From: Longilinea sp.
Lineage (GTDB): Bacteria; Chloroflexota; Anaerolineae; Anaerolineales; Anaerolineaceae
Reading direction: 5' to 3'
Assembly (NCBI GenBank): GCA_035560795.1
Contig: DATMYV010000020.1
Span: 15,152 to 79,151 of the forward strand
DNA: 64,000 bases
A program made the translations under genes and the position numbers. This document shows positions 59,084 through 64,000 of the stretch, piece by piece; the first letter of the stretch is position 1, and the number at the start of each line of letters is the position of its first letter. The notes beneath the pieces are model-generated. The model saw only the letters and a list, made by a program, of their open reading frames with translations. It ran no database searches and was not told the DNA's origin.

Positions 59084-60087
59084 TGGCACGTCATTTTGGG
59101 CTTGGGTTGGCGGTAGGGTTTCTGTTAATGAACGCTGCCTGCTCTCAGGCGGCTACGCCTGCCGCAAGGACTGTAACATCATTGCCCACCCTGTTCAATA
59201 CAGCGACCATTCTGCCAACCGTGGCAGCTACCGCTTCACAGGCTCCAAGCCTAACAGCCACCCCGGCATCTGTGCCATTCAACCCGTCGGATTGTTCGAT
59301 TGAGGCCTGCATTCTCGCTGGCGATTATTGGCTGGATCGCCCGATTGCTGCTCCTGCACTGCAAATGGCAGAGAACAGCTATCTATTTGGATCAACTCAG
59401 AATGGCCAACGGATTACCCACAGCGGGGTGGAATTCTACAACGCCACCGGGACAGAGGTTCTGGCTGCAGCGGATGGCCGGGTTACCTTTGCAGGCGATG
59501 ACAGTATTCAGCCGTTTGCTCCCTGGACTCATTTCTACGGCAACCTTATCATCCTGGAACACGCTTCTCCCCGCAATGGCGTTATTTATACCCTGTATGC
59601 GCACCTCTCAGAGATCGATGTTCAGATTGGACAGGACCTCAAGGCGGGCCAGGTAATCGGCAAGGTTGGGATGTCGGGTGCGGCAATCGGCAGCCATCTG
59701 CATTTTGAAATGCGCGATGGCTCGTTGGATTTTACGGCTATGCGCAACCCGTTTCTGTTCTTGAAACCTCTCACGGATTCAAACGGAAATCCATTGGCAG
59801 TACTTGCCGGTCAGCTTATGGACTCGAACGGACAATATATTTCCTCTCCGCAACTGGTGGCTGAGCAAATCGAATTGCCCGATAATTCACCGCCGCGGCG
59901 TTATTACATGGAAACGTATGCAACAGATGCATCCTCCGATCCGGAATGGCAGGAGAATTTTGTCCTGGGAGATTTGCAACCTGGCCGCTACCGGATTTCC
60001 TTCGTATTTGATGGCAAGCTCATCGAACGTTTCATCACACTTTCCGCCGGTAAATTAACTTATTTATCTTTGCAAATGGAGAATTGA
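59083..60087 (+). CDS. M23 family metallopeptidase lipoprotein
   Basis: Lipobox AAC, Thr/Ala/Pro linker, HSGVEF, V.AAADG.V, YGN, LYAHL, HLHFE. Confidence 0.85.
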   Translation: MARHFGLGLAVGFLLMNAACSQAATPAARTVTSLPTLFNTATILPTVAATASQAPSLTATPASVPFNPSDCSIEACILAGDYWLDRPIAAPALQMAENSYLFGSTQNGQRITHSGVEFYNATGTEVLAAADGRVTFAGDDSIQPFAPWTHFYGNLIILEHASPRNGVIYTLYAHLSEIDVQIGQDLKAGQVIGKVGMSGAAIGSHLHFEMRDGSLDFTAMRNPFLFLKPLTDSNGNPLAVLAGQLMDSNGQYISSPQLVAEQIELPDNSPPRRYYMETYATDASSDPEWQENFVLGDLQPGRYRISFVFDGKLIERFITLSAGKLTYLSLQMEN

Positions 60088-60089
60088 GC

Positions 60090-60644
60090 ATGGGCGTAAA
60101 ACCTGATCACTGGATCCGAAAAATGGCAATTGAACAAGGCATGATCGAGCCCTTTGTCGACCACCAGGTGCGTACTGGCGTCATTTCGTTCGGCGTCTCC
60201 TCCTATGGTTACGATATCCGCGTGGCTGATGAGTACAAAATTTTCACCAATGTTTATTCAGCAGTTGTCGATCCCAAGCATTTTGACCCGCGCTCGATGG
60301 TTGATTTTAAGGGGGAGGTATGCGTAATTCCGCCCAATTCGTTTGCCCTGGCCCGCACCGTTGAATATTTCCGCATCCCTCGTTCCATTTTGACGCTTTG
60401 CGTTGGCAAGAGCACCTACGCCCGCTGCGGCATCATTGTCAACGTTACCCCCTTTGAGCCTGAGTGGGAGGGCTATGTTACATTGGAAATATCGAATACC
60501 ACCCCATTGCCTGCCAAAATCTACTCGAACGAAGGCATTGCCCAGGTGGTCTTCTTTGAAGGGGATGAAATGTGTGAAATCTCCTATGCAGATAAAAAAG
60601 GCAAGTATCAAAAACAGGAGAATATCGCTTTACCCAAAATATAA
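60090..60644 (+). CDS. dcd: dCTP deaminase
   Basis: [41 protein letters not shown]. Confidence 0.96.
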   Translation: MGVKPDHWIRKMAIEQGMIEPFVDHQVRTGVISFGVSSYGYDIRVADEYKIFTNVYSAVVDPKHFDPRSMVDFKGEVCVIPPNSFALARTVEYFRIPRSILTLCVGKSTYARCGIIVNVTPFEPEWEGYVTLEISNTTPLPAKIYSNEGIAQVVFFEGDEMCEISYADKKGKYQKQENIALPKI

Positions 60645-60816
60645 CGTTATTTCCGCATCAAAGGAAAAAGCTTGAAAAAATGATTAATGATAGAATGGAT
60701 CAACAGTTTTTACAGAATTGATCCATTTATCTGTTGATCCATCGTCCAACCATCTGTCTTGTAACTGAACGGATGGATGGCACAAGCCTTTGCCAGGTCG
60801 CAAACGAGGTTAGTAC

Positions 60817-63180
60817 GTGATCGAATTGCATACCAGCGACCTCAATTTCGCAGCTTATCCGGAAAGCGGAACCTTTACGCTTAAGCCGGTTAATGATGCC
60901 TTGCCTGCATTGGTCGGAGTGCATTTATCAGTGGATTATTGGGTAAACGGCCGTATCCATAAACAATTATTTAATCAATGGCAAGTTTTGGATGAGAACC
61001 TGCGCCCGCGGAACCCCTCATCGCTCGGGTTATTGAGTCAGGTTGATTTGCAACTCGCTGCAGATGCCAACGGTATTTCCTACCAGATCACGTTTGCATT
61101 AAGCGAACTTTTTCCGATACTTTTATGGAAAATCAGGTTAGAAAATTACGGGACGCAACCGGTCATCCTCGACAAATTCGAGTTGTTGCGCTGTTCTGAC
61201 AGCATGAACAGCGGAATCTTCCAGATTCCTCCCGAGCACACTGAATCATCCAGCCTGGCTTTTTTTTCAAACAATTGGCAATCCTGGGGATGGACGGGAG
61301 CCTACGCAGCTGACCAGCCGGCCAGAAACTCGCGTTTGGGCTTCCTCCAGAATCCATTGGTCGTCAATCCGGGTACGCCCATTCACAGACGCCCTGGTTC
61401 CTATTCTTCTGATTTTTTTGGCGTTATCGGCGATCGAGCAAAGCGCGTAGCTGCGCTTTTTGGTTTTCTTTCACAACGTTGGCAATTTGGAACGCTGGAT
61501 GCCAACTTGCAGGCCAACCCCAGGGTGAACCTATGGGCCAACGGCGACCAGACCCGCATCGATCCTGGCAGCGCCATGGAAACCGACTGGGCGGTTTACC
61601 TGCCCTTCAATCTTGACCAGAACGATCCGTTAGGGCCCTACTTTATTACAGCTTCGCGTGAAAACCGCGTCAGCCTTCCGGAAGATATCCCCGCTGGTTG
61701 GTGTTCATGGTATCAATTCTATGACAAAGTGACCGCCAGGCAGATTCGACAAAACCTTGACTCGGTAAAACAATTGGCACCGCAATTACCTTTGAAACTG
61801 GTCCAGATCGACGATGGCTTTGAGGCTCAGGTGGGAGATTGGTTCAATTTTCGCTCCACCTTTCCACAGGGTGTTGCCCCTTTAGCTGCTGAAATCCGGG
61901 CTGCTGGATTTACACCTGGAATCTGGTTGGCACCTTTCATCGTGCACCCAGCCTCAAAGCTGATGGAGAAACATCCTGAATTTATCCTGCGGAACCGATT
62001 AGGGCAACCCATCAATGCCGGTTTCATCTGGAATACTTTCACCGCGGCTCTGGACCTGACCCACCCTGGAACGATGGAATTTATCGACAGGGTCGTCACG
62101 GTTGCCAGGCGCAAATGGGGTTTCCCATACCTGAAATTGGATTTTCTCTATGCTGGAGCCCTGGGCGGTCAACGCCACGATCCGACTCGCACCCGTGCCC
62201 AGATATTGCGCGGGGCCATGGAATTGATTCGAAAAACGGTTGGATCTGACACCTTTCTGCTTGGCTGTGGAGCGCCCCTTGGGTCAGTGCTTGGATTGGT
62301 TGACAGCATGCGCATCGGTGCGGATGTCAGCGGTGACTGGACGCCTACATACAACCGTATTGGATCCCTATTTAAGAACGAACCCCATATGCCCAGTACG
62401 CGAAATTCCATCCAGAACATCCTGACCCGCGCACCCATGCACAACCGCTGGTGGATCAACGATCCTGACTGCCTGCTCATCCGTCCAAATACCCGGCTAA
62501 CGCTGGCAGAGGTGGAATCGCTGGCAACCAGCATCGCGATGACAGGCGGCTCTTTACTGCTCTCGGATGACCTGCCCAACTTGCCGCCCAACCGTCTCGA
62601 AATTGCAAAAGCGATGTTGCCTTTGATTGGCGAACGTGCAGATGTACTGGACTGGTTCGACTCGGCCACGCCACAGCGCCTGCGGTTGGATCTGCAAGGT
62701 CCGGTTGGGAATTGGCACCTGCTGGCCTGGTTTAACTGGTCGGAAAAGCCGCAAGACGCGACCTTACGTTTGCAAAATTTTCGCTTGCCAGTGGGTGATT
62801 ATTGGGGACGCAGTTTTTGGGATAAACGTTCTTTTTATGTTTCAGAGGGCGCACCCTTCCGTTTCAAACAGGTTCCGGCACACGGCGTGGTTCTCATTGC
62901 CCTGCGCAAGGCTGATCATAATGTCCCCTTATTTGTCGGCAGCAATTTTCACATTTCACAAGGACAGGAAATTAGCTTGTGGAATGTTACTGACAGCGGG
63001 GTAAGCCTGGATGTCACCATACCCCGCCGTGCATCCGGTGAAATTGAAATCGTCCTGCCGCACGTTCCACACCGCATTTCACTCGACCAGCAGACTCTTT
63101 CCTGGGAAGGCCGCAGTGATAATTGCTACCGACTGCGCCTGAACGTCGATCACAAATCCCATATTGACATTGGCTACTGA
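60817..63180 (+). CDS. Glycoside hydrolase family 36 (alpha-galactosidase-like)
   Basis: GWCSWY, QIDDG, G.W.APF, YLKLDF (nucleophile Asp), RIGAD, NDPDC. Confidence 0.88.
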   Translation: MIELHTSDLNFAAYPESGTFTLKPVNDALPALVGVHLSVDYWVNGRIHKQLFNQWQVLDENLRPRNPSSLGLLSQVDLQLAADANGISYQITFALSELFPILLWKIRLENYGTQPVILDKFELLRCSDSMNSGIFQIPPEHTESSSLAFFSNNWQSWGWTGAYAADQPARNSRLGFLQNPLVVNPGTPIHRRPGSYSSDFFGVIGDRAKRVAALFGFLSQRWQFGTLDANLQANPRVNLWANGDQTRIDPGSAMETDWAVYLPFNLDQNDPLGPYFITASRENRVSLPEDIPAGWCSWYQFYDKVTARQIRQNLDSVKQLAPQLPLKLVQIDDGFEAQVGDWFNFRSTFPQGVAPLAAEIRAAGFTPGIWLAPFIVHPASKLMEKHPEFILRNRLGQPINAGFIWNTFTAALDLTHPGTMEFIDRVVTVARRKWGFPYLKLDFLYAGALGGQRHDPTRTRAQILRGAMELIRKTVGSDTFLLGCGAPLGSVLGLVDSMRIGADVSGDWTPTYNRIGSLFKNEPHMPSTRNSIQNILTRAPMHNRWWINDPDCLLIRPNTRLTLAEVESLATSIAMTGGSLLLSDDLPNLPPNRLEIAKAMLPLIGERADVLDWFDSATPQRLRLDLQGPVGNWHLLAWFNWSEKPQDATLRLQNFRLPVGDYWGRSFWDKRSFYVSEGAPFRFKQVPAHGVVLIALRKADHNVPLFVGSNFHISQGQEISLWNVTDSGVSLDVTIPRRASGEIEIVLPHVPHRISLDQQTLSWEGRSDNCYRLRLNVDHKSHIDIGY

Positions 63181-63191
63181 TTTCCGATCCA

Positions 63192-63230
63192 AAACGAAAA
63201 AGCGGCAGGATTACCCCGCCGCTTTCGTTT
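63192..63230. terminator. Bidirectional terminator
   Basis: AAACGAAA..AGCGGC/GCCGCTTTCGTTT inverted repeat between convergent genes. Confidence 0.7.
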
Positions 63231-63248
63231 GCACTTGCTGGCATTAGC

Positions 63249-64000
63249 CTATTTCTTAATTTCCACCGGGCTATCTTGTTGCTTGCGAGCCCTGGCATTT
63301 CGGCGGGCTTTGCGAATGGCACGCACGATCAGCCAGATCGGCAGACCAATCACCAGCAGCACTGGCAGGATGTAGATTACGATCCAAATGGCAGCCTTGG
63401 CGAGGAACTGCAGCGTGTCAAGCAAAGCCTGGACGGCATCGCGTGCCGTGCCAACTGGCTTCCAGCCGCCCAACTGAACCGGCGCGACCGCTTCTTCAGC
63501 CTGAATTCGCACACTGACCGAAGATAAGGCAGCGGCTTCTTCATAATATTTCATTTGACCGATCGTCACTTCAATCTGCTCTCGGATGGAAGACAATTCG
63601 CGATAAACCGTCAGAACATCTTCGGTCTTGGTGGCCTGGTCCATGATCTTCTGCAACTGAGTCTCTGTTTGCTTCAGGTTGCGCAAACGCGACTCGAGGT
63701 CGACGTATTCCTTGGTGACATCCTGCCCGGAAATATTCTCTGAAAGCACGTCTTTTTCTGCATCGGGGGTCAGTGCCCGGATGCGTTCCATTACGGTATT
63801 CAAGCGAGTTGAATCCACCCGGATGGAAATGTTTGCTTCAATGACTTCAATGCCGCGGTCGGTAGTCACCGTTTGTGAATAAGAGTTGACGACAAATCCG
63901 CCAAACTCGGTCGCCAGGGCGGCAATTTGATTCATCGCATCCAGCGGTTTTAACACAACGATCGACATATCCGCGTTCTGGATGACCAGACGCCGAGGCG
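63249..64000 (-). CDS. DUF4349-like membrane-anchored protein (5' end outside window)
   Basis: GGFV, IRV, DVT.EYVDL..RL..L, EL..IR.QIE...G...Y, C-terminal TM helix; frame stays open to the window edge. Confidence 0.8.
   Translation of the reverse strand, partial: PRRLVIQNADMSIVVLKPLDAMNQIAALATEFGGFVVNSYSQTVTTDRGIEVIEANISIRVDSTRLNTVMERIRALTPDAEKDVLSENISGQDVTKEYVDLESRLRNLKQTETQLQKIMDQATKTEDVLTVYRELSSIREQIEVTIGQMKYYEEAAALSSVSVRIQAEEAVAPVQLGGWKPVGTARDAVQALLDTLQFLAKAAIWIVIYILPVLLVIGLPIWLIVRAIRKARRNARARKQQDSPVEIKK

Noticed and set aside
1-64000. CRISPR array, IS or transposase, prophage or defence island
   Set aside because: I found no regularly spaced repeats and no transposase, integrase or phage structural motifs by eye.

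Overview
Chromosomal window from a bacterium whose gene content and protein style point to Anaerolineae (Chloroflexota); the taxonomy is an inference. I found no mobile element, prophage or CRISPR array. Positions 617-32764 form one continuous minus-strand block. It holds housekeeping genes (CCA-type nucleotidyltransferase, hpt, tdk, rplU-rpmA-rpmE, selB), a long coiled-coil protein, an orphan trio of degenerate Mrp/Nuo/Hyf-like membrane proteins and a ~19.5 kb purine/ureide catabolic cluster. That cluster contains 8-oxoguanine and adenine deaminases, a GntR-UTRA regulator, a YgeY-like M20 hydrolase, two different carbamoyltransferases, carbamate kinase, a BMP-type nucleoside ABC transporter, two fold-type-II PLP enzymes and a dihydropyrimidinase/hydantoinase, but no recognisable dpaL, ygfK or xdh. 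The second half holds ugd, uvrA, a pentaheme cytochrome c lipoprotein, methylmalonyl-CoA mutase and epimerase, a CPA2 antiporter/PII-like/DUF1786-like operon, rplI, a double-HTH RodZ, rimO, murJ, a Zn/Mn ABC pair, rsmI, tRNA-Glu, SRAP, FTCD, dcd and a GH36. The strongest leads are the variant purine-fermentation pathway with two transcarbamoylases and unassigned PLP enzymes, ribosomal protein L31 fused to an RNA polymerase alpha-CTD-like domain, and the lysine-less antiporter-like membrane module. All family assignments come from motif recognition by eye, without database searches.
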